NCBI GenBank assembly: GCA_040905425.1
Contig: JBBDRO010000014.1
Location: 1 to 24,353, forward strand
Length of the DNA stretch: 24,353 nt
Source: Gemmatimonadota bacterium
GTDB lineage: Bacteria; Gemmatimonadota; Gemmatimonadetes; Longimicrobiales; RSA9
Direction of reading: 5' to 3'
Both the position numbers and the translations under genes were made by a program. Of this stretch, positions 8,103-15,027 are shown piece after piece (position 1 is the first letter of the stretch; every line of letters starts with the position of its first letter). Under the pieces are notes generated by a model. It made no database searches and was not told the origin of the DNA. It saw nothing but the letters and a program-made list of their open reading frames with translations.

Positions 8103-9152
8103 TCAGACCCCCACGGAGCCCACCGCCACTGGAGGCGCCCCCACGGCGCGGCCGGCCGCCTCGGCAAAGCGCCGGGCGCCCTCCATCACCACCTCGAACT
8201 CCGCGAACGAGAGGGACTGCTCGCCGTCCGAGAGGGCGTCCTCGGGAGAGGGATGGACCTCCACCAGCAGCCCGTCCGCGCCGGCCGCGATGGCCGCCCA
8301 CGCCAGCGGCGCCACCAGGTCACGGCGGCCACCCGCGTGGCTGGGGTCCGCCACCACCGGCAGGTGGGTCTCCGCCTTGAGCACGGGAATGGCGGCCAGG
8401 TCGAAGGTGTTGCGGGTGGCGGTCTCGAAGGTGCGGATGCCACGCTCGCAGAGGATCACCTGCATGTTGCCCTGGCTCATGACGTACTCGGCTGCCAGCA
8501 GCAGGTCCTGGATGGTGGCGGACAGGCCGCGCTTCAGCAGCACGGGGCGGTGCACGCGGCCCACTTCCGAGAGCAGCGCGAAGTTCTGCATGTTGCGGGC
8601 GCCGATCTGCAGCATGTCCGCGTGCTCCGCCACCTGCTCCACCTGCCGCGTATCCATGACCTCGGTCACCACGGGCAGCCCCGTTTCGGCGCGCACCTCC
8701 GCCAGGATGTGCAGCGCCTCCTCCCCCAGCCCGCGGAAGGCGTAGGGCGAACTGCGCGGCTTGTAGGCGCCGCCGCGCAGCAGGGTGGCGCCCGCCGCTT
8801 TGACCGCCACCGCCGTCTCATGCAGCATGGCCGCGCTCTCCACCGAGCACGGCCCGGCCACCACGGCAATCTCCGGCCCGCCAATTTCCACGCTGCCCAC
8901 GCGGATGCGCGTGGGATCCGCCGCGAACTCGCGGGACGCCAGCTTGTAGGGCTTGAGCACGGGCATCACGCTGGCCACGCCCGGAAAGGCGTGCAGCGGC
9001 ACGTCGCGCAGGCGGTCCTCGTCGCCGATGCAGCCGATGATGGTGCGCACCTCGCCGCGGGACACGTGGGTACGCAGGCCTGCCGCCTCGATGCGCTCGC
9101 GGATGTGATCCAGCTCGTCGGCGGTGATGCCGGCGCGGGTGACGATGATCAT
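8103..9152 (-). CDS. aroF: DAHP synthase, type I-beta, with N-terminal ferredoxin-like/ACT regulatory domain
   Basis: Start ATG 9152 (MIIVTR..., SD GGAGAGG). Motifs [70 protein letters not shown]. Confidence 0.96.
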   Translation of the reverse strand: MIIVTRAGITADELDHIRERIEAAGLRTHVSRGEVRTIIGCIGDEDRLRDVPLHAFPGVASVMPVLKPYKLASREFAADPTRIRVGSVEIGGPEIAVVAGPCSVESAAMLHETAVAVKAAGATLLRGGAYKPRSSPYAFRGLGEEALHILAEVRAETGLPVVTEVMDTRQVEQVAEHADMLQIGARNMQNFALLSEVGRVHRPVLLKRGLSATIQDLLLAAEYVMSQGNMQVILCERGIRTFETATRNTFDLAAIPVLKAETHLPVVADPSHAGGRRDLVAPLAWAAIAAGADGLLVEVHPSPEDALSDGEQSLSFAEFEVVMEGARRFAEAAGRAVGAPPVAVGSVGV

Positions 9153-9185
9153 GCTGCCTCTCCAGGTGTGGGCTCGGGTACGGGC

Positions 9186-9214
9186 AAAAGAAAAGGCCCC
9201 CGGAGCGGGGGCCT
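9186..9214 (-). terminator. Intrinsic terminator (attenuator) in the aroF leader
   Basis: Minus-strand RNA AGGCCCCCG-CUC-CGGGGGCCU followed by UUUCUUUU, ending about 33 nt before the aroF ATG. Confidence 0.88.
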
Positions 9215-9243
9215 CGTGGACACGCGACGTACGGACTGTGCTG

Positions 9244-9330
9244 CTACACGCGCGCTCCGGCCCCCGGGGTGGTGCCCCGATAGGCGTAGCCAAAATAGCT
9301 GAAGCGGTACGTGTGGTGGCTGGGTCGCAT
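9244..9330 (-). CDS. Tyr/Phe-rich attenuator leader peptide [28 protein letters not shown] (28 aa)
   Basis: ATG 9330 to TAG 9244; 4 Tyr and 2 Phe codons within codons 8-17; lies between a promoter and a terminator upstream of DAHP synthase. Confidence 0.85.
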   Translation of the reverse strand: MRPSHHTYRFSYFGYAYRGTTPGAGARV

Positions 9331-9336
9331 GAATGA

Positions 9337-9365
9337 AGGGTGACGGCGGGGCGCACGGCTGTCAA
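9337..9365 (-). promoter_or_regulatory. Putative promoter of the aroF leader (leaderless start on the leader-peptide ATG)
   Basis: Minus strand perfect TTGACA (9365-9360), 17 nt, CACCCT (9342-9337), 6 nt, ATG 9330. Confidence 0.65.
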
Positions 9366-9456
9366 GGCCGGTGCCATCGAAGGATGCCGCCGCCGGCCCC
9401 CGGAGGGGGTGCCGGCAGTGGCCGCGGGGACGTCGCTTGAAACGGACCCCGCGGCT

Positions 9457-9485
9457 TTGCGCCCGGCCGTAGGCCACCCTACATT
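9457..9485 (+). promoter_or_regulatory. Putative promoter of the tkt-rpiA-rpe operon
   Basis: TTGCGC (9457-9462), 17 nt, TACATT (9480-9485), 40 nt upstream of ATG 9526. Confidence 0.55.
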
Positions 9486-9525
9486 GCCGCGCTATTTCGA
9501 CCCCCGATCTCCGACCCCTGAAGGC

Positions 9526-10419
9526 ATGGCCAACACAGCACCCGGCACGAGCGGCGGCGCCGCGGACCTGGAGGCGCTCCGCGGGCGCGCCACGGTCCTG
9601 CGCCGCCACATACTTGAAATGCTCCACGAAGCGGCGAGCGGCCATCCCGGCGGCTCCCTGTCCGCCGTGGAGATCGTCACGGCACTCTACTTCGGCGGCA
9701 TCCTGCGCTACGACCCGGAGGATCCGGAACGCGTCGACCGGGACCGCTTCATCCTCTCCAAAGGGCACGGCGTACCCGTCCAGTACGCGGCCATGGCGGA
9801 GGCGGGCTACTTCCCGGTCAAGGAGCTGAAGAGCCTGCGCCGCATCGATTCCCGCCTACAGGGCCATCCCGTGCTGGGGAGCCTGCCGGGCATCGAGGCC
9901 TCCACGGGCTCGCTCGGCCAGGGGCTCTCCATCGGCGTGGGCACCGCGCTGGCGGCGCGGCTGGACGGCGCGGATTTCGACGTCTACGTGCTGCTGGGGG
10001 ACGGCGAGTGCCAGGAGGGGCAGGTGTGGGAGGCGGCCATGGCGGCGTCCCACATGAAGCTGACCAACCTGGTGGCGGTGGTGGACTACAACAAGTTCCA
10101 GCTCGACGGCGCCATCGAGGACATCATCGGGCTGGAGCCGCTGGCCGCCAAATGGCAGGCCATGGGCTGGACGGTGCGCGAGATCGACGGCCACGACATC
10201 GGGCAGGTCATGGAGGCCCTTGGGTGGGCGCGCGACCATCATGATGGTCCGGCCTGCGTGGTGGCCCACACGGTGAAGGGGAAGGGTGTGAGCTTCATGG
10301 AAGGGGAGAACGCCTATCACGGCGTAGCGCCCTCGGACGAGGAATTGCCCAGGGCGCTGGCCGAGCTGGACACCTACAAAAAGGCCCTGGCATCGGTGGA
10401 AGAGGAGGCCGGCGCATGA
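9526..10419 (+). CDS. tkt: Transketolase, N-terminal (TPP-binding) subunit
   Basis: SGHPGGSLS, DRDRFILSKGH, LQGHP, TGSLGQG, GDGECQEG..WEA, DGHD, TVKGKG. Start trimmed to ATG 9526. Confidence 0.95.
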   Translation: MANTAPGTSGGAADLEALRGRATVLRRHILEMLHEAASGHPGGSLSAVEIVTALYFGGILRYDPEDPERVDRDRFILSKGHGVPVQYAAMAEAGYFPVKELKSLRRIDSRLQGHPVLGSLPGIEASTGSLGQGLSIGVGTALAARLDGADFDVYVLLGDGECQEGQVWEAAMAASHMKLTNLVAVVDYNKFQLDGAIEDIIGLEPLAAKWQAMGWTVREIDGHDIGQVMEALGWARDHHDGPACVVAHTVKGKGVSFMEGENAYHGVAPSDEELPRALAELDTYKKALASVEEEAGA

Positions 10420-11417
10420 AGGACCTGTACCCCGGTTTCACGTTCGGCAAGGCCACGCGCGACGCGTACGGTGAGGCGCTCCGGGACCTGGGCCGCGACC
10501 ACCCGGAGATCGTGGTGCTGGACGCCGACCTGGCCAAGAGCACCAAGAGCTTCACCTTCGGCGCCGAGTTCCCCGAGCGCTTCTTCAACGTGGGGATCCA
10601 GGAAGCCAACATGGTGGGCATGGCGGGCGGGCTGGCGCACGCCGGCAAGGTGCCCTTCATCCACAGCTTTGCCTCCTTCGTCATCCTGAAGGGCTTCGAT
10701 CAGCTGCGCATGGCGGTGGCCTACCCGCACCTGAACGTGAAGGTGGTGGGCAGCCACGGCGGCATCTCGCTGGGTGAGGACGGCGCCAGCCAGCAGGCCA
10801 TCGAGGACGTGGCGCTGGCGTGCGGGCTGCCCGGCTTCGTGGTGTGCGTTCCCAGTGACGAGCACCAGATGCGGGCGGCCGTGCGGGCGGCCTTCGAACA
10901 CCACGGCCCCGTCTACATCCGCTCGGGGCGGCCCAAGGCGCCGCTCGTCTATGACGCTACGCCCGCCGACTTTGCTTTCGGCAAGGGCAAGCGCCTGCGG
11001 GAGGGCACGGATATCACGCTGATGGCAAACGGCCTGTTGGTGGCCGCCTGCCTGATCGCCGCGGAGCGGCTGGCCGAGGATGGCGTGCAAGCGCGCGTTG
11101 TGGACATGGCCACGGTGAAGCCGCTGGACGCGGAGGAGGTGCGCGCCGCCGCCGCCGAAACGGCCGGCATCGTGGTGGCCGAGGAGCACCTGGTCACCGG
11201 CGGGCTGGGCGCCATGGTGGCGCAGGCCGTGTGCCGCCTGCACCCGGCGCCCGTGGCGTTCGTGGGGCTGGAGGACACCTACGCCGAGAGCGGCGCGCCC
11301 GCGGCACTGCTGCGCAAGTACGGCCTCACCGCCGATGCCGTGCTGGCGGCGGCTGAGCGTCTCCTGGAGCGCCGCGGCAGCGCGGCTTCGACCGGCGCCG
11401 GCCGATCCTCCGCGTGA
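10416..11417 (+). CDS. tkt: Transketolase, C-terminal (pyrimidine-binding plus C-domain) subunit
   Basis: ATRDAYG, LDADLAKST, RFFNVGIQE, GEDGASQQ, GPVYIR, TVKPLD, EEHLVTGGLG; ATGA overlap with the upstream gene. Confidence 0.95.
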   Translation: MKDLYPGFTFGKATRDAYGEALRDLGRDHPEIVVLDADLAKSTKSFTFGAEFPERFFNVGIQEANMVGMAGGLAHAGKVPFIHSFASFVILKGFDQLRMAVAYPHLNVKVVGSHGGISLGEDGASQQAIEDVALACGLPGFVVCVPSDEHQMRAAVRAAFEHHGPVYIRSGRPKAPLVYDATPADFAFGKGKRLREGTDITLMANGLLVAACLIAAERLAEDGVQARVVDMATVKPLDAEEVRAAAAETAGIVVAEEHLVTGGLGAMVAQAVCRLHPAPVAFVGLEDTYAESGAPAALLRKYGLTADAVLAAAERLLERRGSAASTGAGRSSA

Positions 11418-12106
11418 GTGACGCGGAGCGGCTGAAGCGGCGCGCGGCGGAGCGTGCGGTGGGCTTCGTGGCCTCGGGGATGCGGCTCGGTCTGGGCACC
11501 GGCTCCACCGCCCGCCACGTCCTGGACGTGCTCGGCGAGAAGCTGGCCGCGGGTGAATTCACTGACCTCGTGGGTGTGCCCACCTCACGCGCCACCCAGG
11601 CGTACGCGGCCGAGCGTGGTATCCCGCTGAGCACGCTGGATGACACCCCCCGCCTGGACGTCTGCATCGACGGCGCCGACGAGTTCGATCCCGCGCTGGA
11701 CCTGATCAAGGGGCTGGGCGGGGCACTCCTGTGGGAGAAGATCGTGGCCAGCGCCGCGGAGCGCCTCGTGATCGTGGTGGACCAGGGCAAGCGGGTGGCG
11801 CGCCTGGGCACCAGGGCGCCGCTGCCGGTGGAGGTGATTCCCTTCGGCTGGAAGAGTCACCTGGATTTCTTTCGCGCACTGGGCGCCGAGCCCAAGCTTC
11901 GTCCAAGCGACGATGACGCCGCCTTCGTCACGGACGGCGGCCACTACATCGTGGACCTCACGTTTCCCGACGGCATTCCGGCTGCGCCGGAGCTGGAGCG
12001 GATGCTCCAGCAACGCACGGGGATCGTGGAGAGCGGCCTCTTCGTGGGCATGACCAGCGCGGTGGTGGTGGCCGCTCCGGAGGGCACGGAGGTGCTGCAA
12101 GCATGA
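11414..12106 (+). CDS. rpiA: Ribose-5-phosphate isomerase A
   Basis: GLGTGST, DGADE, IKGLGGALLWEKIVA, LPVEV, TDGGHYIVD, GIVESGLF. Confidence 0.97.
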   Translation: MSDAERLKRRAAERAVGFVASGMRLGLGTGSTARHVLDVLGEKLAAGEFTDLVGVPTSRATQAYAAERGIPLSTLDDTPRLDVCIDGADEFDPALDLIKGLGGALLWEKIVASAAERLVIVVDQGKRVARLGTRAPLPVEVIPFGWKSHLDFFRALGAEPKLRPSDDDAAFVTDGGHYIVDLTFPDGIPAAPELERMLQQRTGIVESGLFVGMTSAVVVAAPEGTEVLQA

Positions 12107-12768
12107 GCGTCAAGATTGCACCGTCCATCCTGTCGGCGGATTTCGCGCGCCTGGGTGAGGGCGTGGCGGCCGCCGAGGCCGCCGGCGCGGAGTGGATCCA
12201 CGTGGACTGCATGGATGGCCACTTCGTGCCCAACCTGACCATCGGACCGCCGGTGGTGAAGGCGCTGCGCCGCGTTACCGAGCTGCCGCTGGACGTGCAC
12301 CTCATGATCGAGCGGCCGGACGCCCTGCTGGAGGCGTTCGCTGACGCGGGCGCGGACATCCTCACCGTGCACCAGGAGGCCACCGTTCATCTGCACCGCA
12401 CGCTGCAGCGCATCCGGGACCTGGGCATGAAGGCGGGCGTGTCCATCAATCCAGGCACACCGGTGGGCGCCCTGGATGAGGTGCTGCCGTACGTGGACCT
12501 GGTCCTGGTGATGAGCGTCAATCCCGGCTTCGGCGGACAGCGCTTCATCCCCACCAGCACCGCCAAGGTGGCCGCCCTGCGGCAGGCGCTCGAAGCGCGC
12601 GGTATCGACGGCGTCGAGCTCGAAGTGGACGGCGGTATTGCCCCGGACACCGCGCCCGGGGTGGTGGCCGCCGGCGCCACGGCGCTGGTGGCGGGCGCGG
12701 CCGTCTTCGGCGGCTCCGGTGACGTGGCCGCCAACCTGGCCGCGCTGCGGGCGGCGGTGGGGCGTTGA
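12103..12768 (+). CDS. rpe: Ribulose-phosphate 3-epimerase
   Basis: IAPSILSADF, HVDCMDGHFVPNLT, DVHLMI, MSVNPGFGGQ, EVDGGI. Confidence 0.97.
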   Translation: MSVKIAPSILSADFARLGEGVAAAEAAGAEWIHVDCMDGHFVPNLTIGPPVVKALRRVTELPLDVHLMIERPDALLEAFADAGADILTVHQEATVHLHRTLQRIRDLGMKAGVSINPGTPVGALDEVLPYVDLVLVMSVNPGFGGQRFIPTSTAKVAALRQALEARGIDGVELEVDGGIAPDTAPGVVAAGATALVAGAAVFGGSGDVAANLAALRAAVGR

Positions 12769-12793
12769 GGCGCCCGGCCACGGCCTCTAGATT
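12765..12793 (+). promoter_or_regulatory. Putative promoter of the tRNA-Leu-rnz-tyrA-aroA-cmk unit
   Basis: TTGAGG (12765-12770, includes the rpe TGA), 17 nt, TAGATT (12788-12793), 10 nt before the tRNA. Confidence 0.55.
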
Positions 12794-12803
12794 CAGCGGG
12801 TCG

Positions 12804-12887
12804 GCCGGGATGGCGGAATGGGCATACGCAGCCGACTTAAAATCGGCGGGCCGCGAGGCCATGTGGGTTCGAGTCCCACTCCCGGCA
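12804..12887 (+). tRNA. tRNA-Leu (TAA), CCA not encoded
   Basis: Acceptor stem GCCGGGA/TCCCGGC with A73; anticodon arm GCCGA-CTTAAAA-TCGGC; long variable arm GGCC-GCGA-GGCC; T arm GTGGG-TTCGAGT-CCCAC; followed by TTG. Confidence 0.97.
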
Positions 12888-12900
12888 TTGCTCGAGGGAC

Positions 12901-13227
12901 ATGAACAGCATTCTCCTCCTCCTCTCGGTGGCCGGTGCGGTGGCCGTACTGGCGCGTGCGGTCCGGGCCGGGGTGCGTCTCCTGACCCGCGGGGCGGATT
13001 CCTTCCTGGCCGGCGAGGTGGCCGCTCAGCGGGCGCTGCGCGGCGACCTGACCGGCGTGTCCGACGCCGATCAGGCCCGGCGGGACGCCCGCGTGCGGCG
13101 GCGCGGCGCCGTGGCCGAGCTGGCGGTCTGGATCGCGTTACTCGCGGCGCCACCACTGACGCCCTGGCCGGAGGGCATCTACGCCGCCTACGCGCTGCTC
13201 TGGCTGTTTCCGCGGCGGCGGCGCTGA
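12901..13227 (+). CDS. Small hypothetical membrane protein (108 aa)
   Basis: SD GAGGGA; hydrophobic N-terminus and C-terminal hydrophobic segments ending RRRR; fills the gap between the tRNA and rnz. Confidence 0.7.
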   Translation: MNSILLLLSVAGAVAVLARAVRAGVRLLTRGADSFLAGEVAAQRALRGDLTGVSDADQARRDARVRRRGAVAELAVWIALLAAPPLTPWPEGIYAAYALLWLFPRRRR

Positions 13228-13228
13228 C

Positions 13229-14155
13229 GTGATCCGCCTCACCTTTCTGGGCACCTCCGCCAGCCGCCCCACCGTAGGCCGCAACGTGAGCGCCGTGGCG
13301 CTGCAGCGGGAGGGAGAGACCATGCTCTTCGACTGTGGCGAGGGCACGCAGCGGCAGATGATGCGCTTCGGGACCGGCTTTGCCGTGGCGGACATCTTTT
13401 TCTCTCATCTGCACGCCGACCACTTTCTGGGCGTCATCGGCCTGCTGCGCACCATGGGGCTGCAGGGCAGGGAGGAGGACGTTCGGCTGTGGGCTCCCAC
13501 GGGCACGCGCCGGATTCTCGAGGAAGCCGTGCACCTGGGCGTGGAGCGGGTCCCCTTCCAGGTGGAGATCCGTGAACTCGCTTCCGGTGAGGTGGTGGAG
13601 CGTGACGGCTACCGTATCGAGGCGTTCGCCACACAGCACGGGCGCGGCACGCAATCGCGCGGCTACGCGCTGGTAGAGGATGACCGCCTGGGCCGGTTCG
13701 ATCCGGACCGGGCCCGGGCGCTGGGCATTCCCGAAGGACCACTCTTCGGCCGCTTGCACCGCGGCCAGGCCGTGGAGGTGGACGGCCGCCTCATCCAGCC
13801 GGAGGAACTGGTGGGCGCGCCGCGCCCCGGCCGGCGTGTGGTCTATACCGGTGACACGCGGCCGTGCCGGCAGACCGCCGCGGCGGCCCGGGCGGCCGAC
13901 CTGCTCATTCACGACGCCACCTTCGCCGACGACGAGGCCGAGCGCGCCCGCGGGACGGGGCACTCCACCGCACGGGAGGCGGCCGAACTGGCGGCCGCGT
14001 GCGGCGCGCGGCGCCTCGTGCTGACGCATATTTCCTCGCGTTACGCGGAGGATCCGCGCATGCTCGAGCGTGAGGCGCGTGAGCACTTTCCCGGCGCGGT
14101 CGTGGCGCACGACGGGCTCCTGGTGGAGGTACCGTATCCCGGGGAGGAAGCGTGA
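13229..14155 (+). CDS. rnz: Ribonuclease Z
   Basis: FLGTS...P...RN, FDCGEGTQRQ, SHLHADHFLG (HxHxDH), exosite GIPEGPLFGRL, YTGDTRP, HDATF, GHST, LTHISSRY. Confidence 0.96.
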   Translation: MIRLTFLGTSASRPTVGRNVSAVALQREGETMLFDCGEGTQRQMMRFGTGFAVADIFFSHLHADHFLGVIGLLRTMGLQGREEDVRLWAPTGTRRILEEAVHLGVERVPFQVEIRELASGEVVERDGYRIEAFATQHGRGTQSRGYALVEDDRLGRFDPDRARALGIPEGPLFGRLHRGQAVEVDGRLIQPEELVGAPRPGRRVVYTGDTRPCRQTAAAARAADLLIHDATFADDEAERARGTGHSTAREAAELAAACGARRLVLTHISSRYAEDPRMLEREAREHFPGAVVAHDGLLVEVPYPGEEA

Positions 14156-15027
14156 CGGAGATCGAGTTCAGCGGAGGAGAGAGCGGGGGGGCGCCCCGCC
14201 GGGTGGCCATCGTGGGGCTCGGCCTCATGGGCGGCTCCCTGGCGCGGGCGCTCCGTGCATCCGCGGCGCCGCCGCACGTGGTCGGCTGGAGCTACACGGC
14301 GGCGGAAGGTGAGGCCGCCCTCGCGGCGGGCGTCGTGGAGCGCATTGCCACCGGCGTGGACGATGCCGTGGACGGGGCGGATCTGGTGGTGCTGGCCACG
14401 CCCGTGGAGAGCATCGTGGCCATGCTCGGCCGGTTCACCTCCGTGTTGGCGCGCGTACCGGCCGTGACCGACCTGGCCAGCGTGAAGGGCCCCGTCATGG
14501 CGGCGGCGCGGGCCGCGGGGCTGACCGATCGTTTCGTGGGCGGCCACCCGCTGGCGGGGCGCCACGAGCGGGGCTTTGCCGCCTCGCGGGCGGAGCTCTA
14601 TCAGGATGCGCTCGTCTACCTGGTGCAGGAGGCCGAGTACGCCACCCAGGCCATGCGCACCGTGGCGGCCATGTGGCGCTCTGTGGGCGCTCGGCCACGC
14701 GTGGTGGATGCCGCGGCGCACGACACCCTGCTGGCCTGGACCAGCCACCTGCCGCAAGCCGTGGCCTTCGCGCTGGGTGCCGCCCTGTCGGCGGCCGACG
14801 TGCGCGTGGACGAGCTCGGCCCCGGCGGGCTGGACACCACCCGCCTGGCGGCCAGTCCCTCGCAGCTTTGGGCGGACATCTTCCTGCACAATACGGCGGC
14901 GCTGGCCGAACCGCTGAAGCGCCTGCGGGAGCACATCGCGTTGATCGAACAGGCCCTGGTGGAGGAGGACGTGGCCACGCTCCTGGCGCTCTTCGAGGCC
15001 TCCTCGCGCTGGCGGGACACACCGTGA
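14152..15027 (+). CDS. tyrA: Prephenate/arogenate dehydrogenase (TyrA family, no C-terminal ACT domain)
   Basis: GLGLMGGSLA Rossmann motif, DLASVK, GGHPLAG, HD...A.TSHLP, DTTRLAAS...W.DIF..N. Confidence 0.92.
   Translation: MTEIEFSGGESGGAPRRVAIVGLGLMGGSLARALRASAAPPHVVGWSYTAAEGEAALAAGVVERIATGVDDAVDGADLVVLATPVESIVAMLGRFTSVLARVPAVTDLASVKGPVMAAARAAGLTDRFVGGHPLAGRHERGFAASRAELYQDALVYLVQEAEYATQAMRTVAAMWRSVGARPRVVDAAAHDTLLAWTSHLPQAVAFALGAALSAADVRVDELGPGGLDTTRLAASPSQLWADIFLHNTAALAEPLKRLREHIALIEQALVEEDVATLLALFEASSRWRDTP

Noticed and set aside
9153..9340. T-box riboswitch as the explanation for the aroF leader terminator
   Set aside because: No UGGNACC T-box bulge motif on the transcribed strand and no recognisable Stem I; the Y/F-rich uORF explains the terminator better.
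9153..9377. N-terminal extension of aroF from the ORF track, and similar extensions for the GH125-like gene, mazF, argH, tkt, aroA, rpsA and pccB
   Set aside because: The extensions run through promoters, terminators or upstream genes; family similarity, SD sites or stop/start overlaps point to the downstream starts.
9244..9768. 174-aa minus-strand ORF ending in the Y/F-rich segment
   Set aside because: Its upstream part overlaps tkt antisense and the promoter region; only the last 28 codons from ATG 9330 are supported.
9526..11417. Frameshifted or pseudogenised transketolase
   Set aside because: Two-subunit transketolases are a common natural form; the halves are intact, with an ATGA overlap and a GAGGAGG SD for the second gene.
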